From contig OZ241981.1 in NCBI GenBank assembly GCA_965204345.1, forward strand, positions 320,001 to 384,000: DNA of 64,000 nucleotides. Direction: 5' to 3'. The notes beneath the pieces are model-generated. The model was not told the DNA's origin, ran no database searches, and saw nothing but the letters and a program-made list of their open reading frames with translations. Below are positions 41,084-50,109 of the stretch, in pieces. Position 1 is the first letter of the stretch; each line of letters starts with the position of its first letter. The position numbers and the translations under genes were made by a program. This DNA comes from Nitrosopumilus sp. (lineage in GTDB: Archaea > Thermoproteota > Nitrososphaeria > Nitrososphaerales > Nitrosopumilaceae).

Positions 41084-41569
41084 ATGGCAAGCATGGGAGT
41101 AATAATTGTAGTTGGAGCAATTGTAGCTTCAATGGTTGTTGCAAATTTTATGTATACACAGTATACCACAAATTTTATCGAGACCACAGTGGGTCAAAAA
41201 GTCAAGGTAGGCCCTGTAGAATACGTTGTGACGTTTGAAGGAACACATGAGGGCAGCAAGGAGGTTGTTCCAGAGAACATATTTGTAAAGATTGGAATCG
41301 AGGCCAAAAATATAGGAGATGAAAGAACGCTCTTTTCAGGAGGGCAGCTATACATTGTCGATGAAAAAGAGCAGAAACACGAGGCGACATACGGAGAATT
41401 CTCATCCAAAGACTTGCTTTTAGAATGGATTGAACCAGACAGAGCAGTTGAGAGAACTACACAATTTGACATTCCGTTTGATGATGAAAAACAGTACAAA
41501 GTAATCATCAGACCGCAAAAAGATCAATCAACGACAGATACTGCACTGGTTTGCATTACAAATTGCTGA
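41084..41569 (+). CDS. DUF4352-like membrane-anchored Ig-fold protein
   Basis: N-terminal TM, FVKIGIEAKNIG, FDIP. Confidence 0.7.
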   Translation: MASMGVIIVVGAIVASMVVANFMYTQYTTNFIETTVGQKVKVGPVEYVVTFEGTHEGSKEVVPENIFVKIGIEAKNIGDERTLFSGGQLYIVDEKEQKHEATYGEFSSKDLLLEWIEPDRAVERTTQFDIPFDDEKQYKVIIRPQKDQSTTDTALVCITNC

Positions 41570-41671
41570 TCGGAAAAATTACAAAATGAAAAAAAGTGTC
41601 AAATTTTTCCATAGTTTGCGTAGTATTGTATGACTTTTACCATATAACACAGATGATTTTTGCAAATAGTC

Positions 41672-42022
41672 ATGGCAATATCCAAAGCCAAAAGAGCAGA
41701 GGCAGCTAAAAAGGCAGCAAGAACTCGAAAGAGAAATGCAGCTAAAAAGGCAGCTGAAGCACTAAAAGCAGCAGCAGCACGCAAGAGAAAGGCAGCGGCA
41801 ACTCGAAGGAAGAATGCAGGCAAAAAAGCATCCGCTCCAAAGAGAAAGGCAGCAGCACCAAAACGCAAGGCCGCTCCAAAGAGAAAGGCAGCAGCACCAA
41901 AACGCAAGGCCGCTCCAAAGAGAAAAACTGCAGCTAAGAAAAAAACAGCTCCAAAGAGAAAGGCAGCAGCACCAAAACGCAAGGCCGCTCCAAAGAGAAA
42001 GGCAGCTAAACGTCGACGTTAA
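41672..42022 (+). CDS. Histone H1-like Lys/Ala-rich basic protein
   Basis: AAKKAARTRKRN followed by (KRKAAAP/KRKAAP)n repeats. Confidence 0.75.
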   Translation: MAISKAKRAEAAKKAARTRKRNAAKKAAEALKAAAARKRKAAATRRKNAGKKASAPKRKAAAPKRKAAPKRKAAAPKRKAAPKRKTAAKKKTAPKRKAAAPKRKAAPKRKAAKRRR

Positions 42023-42103
42023 GCTGCCTATGCCATATTTTTTCTAAATTACCCCTAGAATATGCTATATTTCTAAATTCGAATTTAGAAATATTCTGAA
42101 TTG

Positions 42104-42520
42104 TTATTCTGACATTCTTAATTCAGGCAGAACAAAAACCTTCTCTGGTTTTATCTTTAAAATAACCCTTTTTTCACCATCACGTCTGAAAGGATAACGC
42201 TGGCGGTCCATGTATTGCTGGGTCAGTTTGTCTGTATGAGCGTAATCATAATCGGGAATTAATTCTTTGACGGTTCCACGAATGGTAGTCATATCAAGAG
42301 GATTCTGTTCTGATACGACAGAGACTGCAACCCTGGGATCACGTAAAACATTTTTGTGTTTGACTCTTCCTTCAGCAGTATTTACCAAAATATGACCGTC
42401 CTCAAAATTGGCCCAAACAGGGGAGACTTGTGGAGAACCATCCTTCATTACAGTTGCAATAAAGACCAGATTTTTTTCAGAAAATAATTTTATAGCTTTT
42501 TCATCCATATCTTTCATCAC
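42104..42520 (-). CDS. PPOX-class F420-dependent oxidoreductase
   Basis: ATVMKDGSPQVSPVW, K.KNVLRDPRV. Confidence 0.9.
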   Translation of the reverse strand: MMKDMDEKAIKLFSEKNLVFIATVMKDGSPQVSPVWANFEDGHILVNTAEGRVKHKNVLRDPRVAVSVVSEQNPLDMTTIRGTVKELIPDYDYAHTDKLTQQYMDRQRYPFRRDGEKRVILKIKPEKVFVLPELRMSE

Positions 42521-42745
42521 ATCAAACTGCAGAGTTGCTCAATCATTATAATAGTTTTAACTGCTTTTTTATTATCTTTTTCTTGCATTGCAGCAGAAAA
42601 ACCATATTCCATTTTGATCGCCTCCTAAGAGAGATCTTTTATTGGTTTAAGATCTTTTTCCTCTAGCTTAACACACGGATCAACTGCGCATGTTTTCCCA
42701 TTATCATGCAAGAACTGTCTTAGATCAAACACGGGAGTTTGACCA

Positions 42746-43249
42746 TTATTTTTTGCCCGAATTTTCAAATACATTTGTCATGGCACGGTTCATTATTTCC
42801 ATGACCAAATACTGGGAATACTCTGGTGATTTTTTCCCCTTGGTCCTTGAAGTTTTTGGTGTCAATCCTTTGAGGATTTTTTCAATTTTGTTTGAGGTGC
42901 TGTCTATAATTTTTGAATACTGGGATTCAAAATTGGCAGGGGTTTGAAAATCAAGCAGTTTTGTGGATGTCCCATAGAATTTTGTAATAGAGCCTCGGGA
43001 TTCCTCTATTCTCACAATTTCAATCAGGCCGGATTCTTTGAGAATCTCCAGGTGATGTCGGACAGTTGTCAGTGCTTTTTTGTGTCCTGTCTTTTTGAGT
43101 GCAGTAGTGATTTGGTCTGCAGACATTGCTTGTCGGTACAAAATTTCCATGACCTTTGCTCGCGCAGGGTCCTCTATTGCGCGTGCATGTTCAGTGCTTG
43201 TCGTAACAATACGGCTTACTTTGATTTGTTTTTCTAGCAGGGTAGACAT
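42746..43249 (-). CDS. ArsR-type winged-helix transcriptional regulator
   Basis: DPARAKVMEIL...TTVRHHLEILKESGLI...ITKFY; start placed at MSTLL. Confidence 0.88.
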   Translation of the reverse strand: MSTLLEKQIKVSRIVTTSTEHARAIEDPARAKVMEILYRQAMSADQITTALKKTGHKKALTTVRHHLEILKESGLIEIVRIEESRGSITKFYGTSTKLLDFQTPANFESQYSKIIDSTSNKIEKILKGLTPKTSRTKGKKSPEYSQYLVMEIMNRAMTNVFENSGKK

Positions 43250-43616
43250 ACAAAGACACATTTCAGTATGATCTAAAAGATCCGAGTATCAGATTTTTTT
43301 GTCTAACCGCATTAATTTTTTTTCGTTTTTAAAAATTTCATAGCGCTGTGAAATTAATCGTTGCCACTACTAAAAAAATGATAATGTATTCAATATCATT
43401 AATACCACTATGATATTATTAGTATCACTATAATGAACATGGTACAGATAGCAATCATTTCGTAATGGTATAAGAAATGTCGTAAGATATCAAAAAAAGC
43501 ATGATGTCAAACAAATTCTCGGCAAAACAGCAGGGATAAGGCCATTTTGATAAATGATTAAAAATGAAATTCGAGTCAGACGCTAACTGCCAGTCAGCAA
43601 GGAATTAACAATACGC

Positions 43617-44441
43617 TCAAAGGGAATTTCCTGTAAGTTTCTCATAGGCAGCAACATAGCGTTGCGTCATCTTTGAAATAATTTCCTCAGGAATCAGCGG
43701 GGCAACAGGTTCCTTTCCTGCATCTCTAGCATCATCAAATTGTTTTTGATAGCCATTTGCAGTTAGCCAGTCACGCAGTAGCTGCTTATCGTAGGCCTCT
43801 TGTATTTTTCCAGCCTCAAAGGAATCCTTTGACCACAAACGATACTCGTCCGGACCAATAGAATCACCCAGAGTAATTTGCCCATCCAATAAACCAAACT
43901 CTAATTTTAAATCAGCCAAAATGAATCCGACATTATCAGCAATCCTAGCCATTTTTTGATAAATTTCAAGGGATGTTTTTTCCAGCCAACAGTATTGTTC
44001 TTCGGTAACTAAATTCATCTCCAAGGATTTTGTTTTGTTTATTGGAACATCATGTTCAGATTTAGTAGTGGGATCAAAGATGGGCATGGGTAGTTTTGCA
44101 GCCAAAGTAGTATCGGTTCCATCAGGAATTGTGACTGTGCCTTTTTTCCATCTGCTAACTAAACTTCCGTAAAAGTAGCCCCGAACTATACATTCTATTG
44201 GAAGCATTTTCATTTTTTTTACAACAATTTCAGTATCAGATTCCCGTCTGAGAAAATGATTTGGTACAGATAATTTGCTGAACCAAAATTCTGCAAACTT
44301 GCAAAGAATTTCACCCTTTCTAGGAATATCCTGCTTGAATTTTACATCATAAGCTGATACCCTGTCTGAGAATTTGAATAAAATTGTAGAATCACCCACA
44401 TCATAAAGATCCTTTACTTTACCGGAGGCAAGGAATTTCAA
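43617..44441 (-). CDS. purC: SAICAR synthetase
   Basis: SGKVKDLY, DRVSAYD, ECIVRGY, LADLKLEFG, YDKQLLRDW. Confidence 0.96.
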   Translation of the reverse strand: MKFLASGKVKDLYDVGDSTILFKFSDRVSAYDVKFKQDIPRKGEILCKFAEFWFSKLSVPNHFLRRESDTEIVVKKMKMLPIECIVRGYFYGSLVSRWKKGTVTIPDGTDTTLAAKLPMPIFDPTTKSEHDVPINKTKSLEMNLVTEEQYCWLEKTSLEIYQKMARIADNVGFILADLKLEFGLLDGQITLGDSIGPDEYRLWSKDSFEAGKIQEAYDKQLLRDWLTANGYQKQFDDARDAGKEPVAPLIPEEIISKMTQRYVAAYEKLTGNSL

Positions 44442-44610
44442 GCAATTATGCCTATTTTTAATAGAATTTAACTGCTAGGAGGTTTGTCTATCAAGACAAG
44501 AGTCCGGGCATTTTTAAAAAAACAACTTCAAATTGGGAACTACCAGGACATGTTTTATTGAAAAAAGATCAAACTAGCCGGTTTTATGATAAATTGATTT
44601 GGGGATATCT

Positions 44611-44726
44611 CTGAATTGTACTTCTTCTTTGGGATTTTTTGATGATTGGATAATTTTTAAGAAAAATATCTCTCTTGTAGTTTGTTGGTAAATTCCAGCG
44701 ATCAGATCATCAGAATTTACCAGAAC
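44611..44726 (+). repeat. Dispersed repeat family C copy upstream of the RM gene
   Basis: Inverted match to 22734-22842; partial copies at 11719-11750 and 51675-51725. Confidence 0.7.
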
Positions 44727-44848
44727 CTATTTCATGCGAGATATCTACAAAAGATCTAGTGTGAAAGAATTCAAGGCAAACAGTTTTTGATAATTCTGCC
44801 TTGCAATCTGAAAAACATTAAACATGACAACCACAAAATAAGATTAAA

Positions 44849-47323
44849 ATGAGTTCCATAATAGAGAATATCTCAAATTATACAGACATTGTGAGGCTAC
44901 ACATCAGCAAAAAGATAGATACAAACAAATCTGAATTAGAGCAATATTTCTCTAGTGCTCATCTATCCAAACTAATGGCATCCATGATGAACTATGATAG
45001 CAAAGAGATCAGTATTTTGGATCCTGGTGCAGGCATAGGATCCTTGTTTGTCGCATGCATTGAGGAGATAATTCATCAAGGATTACGACCAGAAAAAATC
45101 TCCGTAACGGCGTATGAAATCGACAAATCCTTGTTGGTTCATCTTAAAGAATCTCTAGAGCAGTGCAAAACGCTGTGTGAAAAAAATGATATTCAATTCT
45201 CAGCAAAACTAGTGAAAAAAGACTTTATCGCAGATACAACATTTAACTTGACAAACAGCACTGAAGAAAAATTCAGCCACATAATCATAAATCCGCCATA
45301 CAAAAAAATCAACACTTTTTCCAAGACGCATAAGATTCTAAGTGAATCTAATTTGACATCTACAAATTTGTATACTGCATTTGTTACATTATCAGAAAAA
45401 GTTTTGCACAAAAATGGAGAGATGGTTTTTATTTCCCCCAGAAGCTTTTGCAATGGCCCATATTTTCAATCGTTTAGAAAAAAATTTCTAGCATCAATGC
45501 ATCTGAAAAGAATTCACATATTCAATTCTAGATCATCGTCATTTAGAGACGATGACGTACTGCAAGAAAACGTCATAGTTCATGCAGTAAAAAACAAGAC
45601 AGTCAGCAACGTACTTGTCTCATCAAGTTCAGGTCCTGATGACAGAAATACCACTGTTAAAAGAATGAAAAAGGAATGTGTTGTACATCCTGATGATCCA
45701 CAGCATTTCATACACATAGTATCTGATGAAATTGGCACTCAAATTTCTAACAAAATGAGACAGTTAAAGTCCACATTAAGGGAATTGAACATGGATGTGT
45801 CCACAGGCAAGATCGTTGATTTTAGGATCAAAGATGCACTAAGGTACAATCAGGACCGCAGTACAGTTCCACTAGTCCGCCCTTTTAACCTTGTAAACGG
45901 TTCGATAACATTCCCGGTACAAAACAAAAAAGAAAACCATGTTGAAAAGACAAAAAAATCACGGGGTCTTTTAGTCAAAAATGGCAACTATGTTCTTGTA
46001 AAGCGATTTACTACAAAAGAAGAAAAAAAAAGAATAGTTGCATCCGTATGGCATGGTGCTGATTTTAATTTTGCAGAGGTAGGATTTGAAAATAGAACCA
46101 ATTATTTTCATAGGGATGGAAGTGGATTGGACAGAGACATTGCAAAGGGGTTGTCACTGTTTCTTAATTCAACTATTGTGGATATGTATTTTCGACAGTT
46201 TAATGGGCACACACAGGTCAATGCAACTGACCTGAGATATATCAGATATCCGACAAAAAGACAGTTAAAGACATTAGGCAGTAGTGTTACCAAGAAATAC
46301 CCCGAACAAAAGGAGATTGATTATTTAGTTGAAAGAGTTGTGTTTGAGATAAGTGAAAAATCAGGCAGAATTGATCCCATACCTGCAAAACAAAAGATTG
46401 ATGAGGCAATTAGTATTTTGAAACAACTGGGTTTTCCAAGGCAGCAACAAAATGATAGATCAGCTTTAACCTTACTGGCACTTTTGGATCTCAAACCGGA
46501 TGATTCATGGGAAAAATCCAAGGCACATTTAATTGGCATTACTCCAATGATGGGATTTTTTGAAAGAAGCTATGGCAAAAAATATGCCCCAAATAGCAGA
46601 GAGACAGTTAGGAGACAGTCTGTTCATCAGTTTTTGCAAGCTTCACTAGCTGTTGAAAATCCAGACAGACCAGACAGACCTCCAAATAGCGGCAAAACGG
46701 TGTATATGATTAATGAAAAATCTTTAAAGTTGATTCAAAGTTACGGTTCCAAAAAATGGAGAAAGAACTTGGCAAATTATAAAAAAATTATTCCCTCATT
46801 GAAGACTCAATATGCACAAGAACGTAAAAGGCAATTAATTCCACTTTGTCTGTCTGATGGAAAGCTGTTAGAATTGTCTGCGGGAGGACAAAACATTCTA
46901 GTCAAAAAGATATGCGATGACTTTGGTCCGTATTTTACTCCGGGTGGAACACTTCTTTATGTTGGGGATGCCAGAAAAAAATTCAGGTATTATGATAAGA
47001 AACGGCTAAAGGATTTTAACATAGTCATTGAACCCCATGGAAAGATACCTGATATAATGATCTTTTATCCTAAAAAAAATCATTTGGTTTTAATTGAGGC
47101 TGTAACTACTCACGGACCCATAGATCCTAAACGAAGACAAGAACTGGCCAGATTATTTTCAAAATCAAAGGCAGGATTGGTGTATGTTACAGCATTTTTA
47201 GACTTTCGTACGTTTAAAAAATATTTTGAACAGATTGCTTGGGAATCTGAGGTTTGGATTGCAGAGCATCCATCACACATGATTCATTTTAACGGTTCAA
47301 GGTTTTTAGAGTCAAATAATTAA
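44849..47323 (+). CDS. Fused N6-adenine methyltransferase plus BsuBI/PstI-family restriction endonuclease
   Basis: LDPGAGIG, INPPY, ISPRSFCNGPYF (MTase); from about aa 515 KIDEAISIL...QQQNDRSAL, YAPNSRETVRRQ, HGKIPD, IEAVTTHGP, IAWESEVW, HMIHFNG (REase). Confidence 0.9.
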   Translation: MSSIIENISNYTDIVRLHISKKIDTNKSELEQYFSSAHLSKLMASMMNYDSKEISILDPGAGIGSLFVACIEEIIHQGLRPEKISVTAYEIDKSLLVHLKESLEQCKTLCEKNDIQFSAKLVKKDFIADTTFNLTNSTEEKFSHIIINPPYKKINTFSKTHKILSESNLTSTNLYTAFVTLSEKVLHKNGEMVFISPRSFCNGPYFQSFRKKFLASMHLKRIHIFNSRSSSFRDDDVLQENVIVHAVKNKTVSNVLVSSSSGPDDRNTTVKRMKKECVVHPDDPQHFIHIVSDEIGTQISNKMRQLKSTLRELNMDVSTGKIVDFRIKDALRYNQDRSTVPLVRPFNLVNGSITFPVQNKKENHVEKTKKSRGLLVKNGNYVLVKRFTTKEEKKRIVASVWHGADFNFAEVGFENRTNYFHRDGSGLDRDIAKGLSLFLNSTIVDMYFRQFNGHTQVNATDLRYIRYPTKRQLKTLGSSVTKKYPEQKEIDYLVERVVFEISEKSGRIDPIPAKQKIDEAISILKQLGFPRQQQNDRSALTLLALLDLKPDDSWEKSKAHLIGITPMMGFFERSYGKKYAPNSRETVRRQSVHQFLQASLAVENPDRPDRPPNSGKTVYMINEKSLKLIQSYGSKKWRKNLANYKKIIPSLKTQYAQERKRQLIPLCLSDGKLLELSAGGQNILVKKICDDFGPYFTPGGTLLYVGDARKKFRYYDKKRLKDFNIVIEPHGKIPDIMIFYPKKNHLVLIEAVTTHGPIDPKRRQELARLFSKSKAGLVYVTAFLDFRTFKKYFEQIAWESEVWIAEHPSHMIHFNGSRFLESNN

Positions 47324-47580
47324 AATTTCCAAATATGCCAATAGTTTGTAAAATGTTTCTTGATTGATTCATGTGTGTTCTCAACTTTGTCATTTTGTAG
47401 CACATTGCCGTCATTATCCATTGTTGCCACCTAAAGAAACTTCTTGTGCAGGACAATGTCCACAAGCATGCCTCTTCTTTGACCTGCTCTTAATCTGTTT
47501 CTTTGCAATATTCTTCTTTGGAGATGATGATGATGCTAATTTGACTGGCGATAAATGCCATTTTTCATATGAACTAACAG

Positions 47581-47701
47581 ATTCATTGCCTATTTCCATT
47601 TATTTTATTTATTGAAATTAATGATTTTACGCCTAAATTTTGGTACTCTGATTCTTTCCTAGTTTAGTGCACGTGAAAAGATCTTAGGATTGAACAGTGT
47701 A
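47581..47701 (-). repeat. IS6-like end type B copy with terminal repeat, facing the RM gene
   Basis: Reverse complement TACACTGTTCAATCCTAAGATCTTTTCACGTGCACTAAACTAGGAAAGAATCAGAGT...TTTAGGCGTAAAAT. Confidence 0.8.
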
Positions 47702-47809
47702 AAAGTTTTGGACTGATTAACACAAATGTGGATTGCCCCACTCTAATGGATTTATAGTGCAAAGAAGATAAGTTGAGAGAATAAAATAAGTTGCGAAAAC
47801 ACCAATCCC

Positions 47810-48067
47810 AATTCCTACGATTTTTAATTTCTTCATGATAAAAAAAGAAGTGGAACTAATTAAGTTCATGCCATGCAACTACATGTGGACCCCACCACCA
47901 CCAACTAGGCCAAATATAAGAATTAGTTTCAGGATTGGTTCTGGGACATAAGTGTCACATGTATCTGATGAGCGAATTATTGCTTGTTCTCTGAATACAT
48001 CATTATCGCATCCATAGGCACTTACATCAAAGGCATAATCAATTGATGGGTTAGCAGACCATGTCAC
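47810..48067 (-). pseudogene. Remnant of a C-terminally anchored protein
   Basis: CDTYVPEPILKLILIFGLVGGGG...*...FFIMKKLKNRRN: TM plus basic tail broken by a stop. Confidence 0.35.
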
Positions 48068-48273
48068 GTATTCTTAACAGTGTCCTCTGAGGAAGAAAAA
48101 GAAATGACAACTGGCAGGGATGAGTTATTTTTCAGACAGGTGTATTGCATCACCTGTATCAATGAAATTATCCCATGCTTGCTGATAAGGCAACGTATCA
48201 CATGATACGCAAATTGTATGTTAAATAATTTACAGGTAGCTGTATTTTGGAAGGAAAAAACATTGCCGCACAT

Positions 48274-48720
48274 TTATTCTCTGCTAAAAGAATACGAGGA
48301 TTGTACAAATCCCAAATGCCTGTAGAATTCATGCGCGTCCTTTCGCTGATTTCCAGATTCCAATCTGATTCTATGGCAGTTTTTTTCTTTTGCAAGAACA
48401 ATGCAAGAATTGACTAGTTTCTTGCCGATGCCGTGATTTTGATACTTTTCATCAACAACTAGCTCGGGAATATACATCTCCAAGGTATGTTGGTTTAATC
48501 TTGTCAAAAACATCACACTTGCCATGCCAACAATTTTTACATCGTCAAGTTCTGCAACAAAAACTGCCTTGTCTGAGTCCTTGAGATACTTTGTAACCAG
48601 CTTTCGAAACATCTCAACATCAGAGTCTTTTTGAGGAGCGGGTCGTCCAAGATCATATAACAGTCCAAGAAGAACAGGAATATCCCTCTGAGATGCTTTT
48701 CTGACTAGTACATTATCCAT
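48274..48720 (-). CDS. GNAT family N-acetyltransferase
   Basis: LVVDEKYQNHGIGKKL acetyl-CoA motif, AHEFYRHLGF. Confidence 0.92.
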   Translation of the reverse strand: MDNVLVRKASQRDIPVLLGLLYDLGRPAPQKDSDVEMFRKLVTKYLKDSDKAVFVAELDDVKIVGMASVMFLTRLNQHTLEMYIPELVVDEKYQNHGIGKKLVNSCIVLAKEKNCHRIRLESGNQRKDAHEFYRHLGFVQSSYSFSRE

Positions 48721-48742
48721 GATGAAACAAAAACATGGTGAC

Positions 48743-48847
48743 TTAAGAATTAGATTCTCACAAACATGGCATTTGAGATGGATGTAGAGGTTGATCTAGT
48801 AGGGTATGACTTTTAAGAATTAGATTCTCACAAACATGGCATTTGAG
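48743..48847. repeat. Exact 35-bp direct repeat flanking a unique 35-bp insert
   Basis: TTAAGAATTAGATTCTCACAAACATGGCATTTGAG at 48743-48777 and 48813-48847. Confidence 0.95.
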
Positions 48848-49000
48848 GGCATAAAAAATACCAAATTTGGAAATTAGGCTTTATTGTACAGGCAGTAATG
48901 TCATTTCAGGTACGGACATGGCCCGTCATAAGGCAAGAAACGAACAAAAATAACAGTAAAAAAAGTTATTCCTTATATCTTGCAAGGATTTTCCAAGATT

Positions 49001-49987
49001 ATGAGAATGCATGTTCTTACAGGCTTTTTGATCTTGTGTATGGCAACAGTATCTCAGGCAGATAATTTTGCAGATGCCATTGAATATCCATCATCACCAT
49101 CACCACCACCGCTAAAGCAGGTTCAGCAGGGGGCAATTCCTACAAATGTCATCTGCGCTGAGGGCCTCAAGATGGTATTAAAAGTATCAACTGGAGATCC
49201 TGCATGCGTAAAACCGTCAAGTGTGGAGCAGCTAATCAAGCGCGGTTGGGCAGAACACGTTTTGCCAGACGTTGATTCAAGTGCAACTCAAAATTCCGAA
49301 TTAATCACCGAGGGAAATTTTCAAGTCAGTACAAAGGATGTAATCTATGACGGAAATGCAGGATTTCTAGCAAATCCAATATCTAATGAGTCTCATCCGG
49401 GTGTGATACTGATTCACGAATGGTGGGGATTAAATGACAACATAAAACAGACTGCTGAAAAGCTAGCTTCCCAGGGATATGTCGTATTAGCAGTTGATCT
49501 TTTTGAAGGCAAGGTTGCAACAGATGCCCAAGCTGCAATGGACCTTACTAGAGCATTTGTACAGGAGGATGCAATCCTAAACATGAATAGTGCGGTAGAT
49601 TACTTGCAAACAACGCACAACGTGGATTCGGTTGGTTCTATTGGATGGTGCTTTGGGGGAAAACAATCCCTTGCCCTGGCACTAAACAATGACAACATGG
49701 ATGCTACAATAATTTACTATGGAAGAGTAGTTACAGAGCCAAAAGTATTATCATCAATAAGTTGGCCGGTACTAGGAATATTTGCAGAGCTAGATCAAGG
49801 AATTCCGCCTCAAACAGTCAATGAGTTTGAGGAGGCACTAAACGAGGCAGGAGTTACAAATGATATTTACATTTATTCTGGTGTGAATCACGCGTTTGCA
49901 AATCCAACAGGTGAGCGCTATGCACCACAAGAAGCAGACGATGCATGGAGCAAAACCCTGGAATTTTTAGAGGAAAATCTGAAATGA
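49001..49987 (+). CDS. Secreted dienelactone hydrolase family protein with an N-terminal two-Cys module
   Basis: IHEWWGLN, GWCFGG nucleophile, HAFAN; PPLKQ...C...PACVK...RGW N-domain. Confidence 0.9.
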   Translation: MRMHVLTGFLILCMATVSQADNFADAIEYPSSPSPPPLKQVQQGAIPTNVICAEGLKMVLKVSTGDPACVKPSSVEQLIKRGWAEHVLPDVDSSATQNSELITEGNFQVSTKDVIYDGNAGFLANPISNESHPGVILIHEWWGLNDNIKQTAEKLASQGYVVLAVDLFEGKVATDAQAAMDLTRAFVQEDAILNMNSAVDYLQTTHNVDSVGSIGWCFGGKQSLALALNNDNMDATIIYYGRVVTEPKVLSSISWPVLGIFAELDQGIPPQTVNEFEEALNEAGVTNDIYIYSGVNHAFANPTGERYAPQEADDAWSKTLEFLEENLK

Positions 49988-50109
49988 CAGCATGGATTCA
50001 GTTTCTTAGAAATCTGAGCCATTTTTGAGGAGCAAACTAGAACATCCAAACGATCCGGATTGACTTTCATCAGCCCATACATCTTCTCTGTCCAGGCAAG
50101 GTAGCAAAG

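Larger units (their letters stand above)
38677..42094. promoter_or_regulatory. Four copies of a 24-28 bp palindrome ATTTCTAAAYTCGAATTTAGAAAT
   Basis: 38677-38700, 38741-38768, 39380-39407, 42067-42094 (the last is a perfect 28-bp palindrome); all intergenic. Confidence 0.7.
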
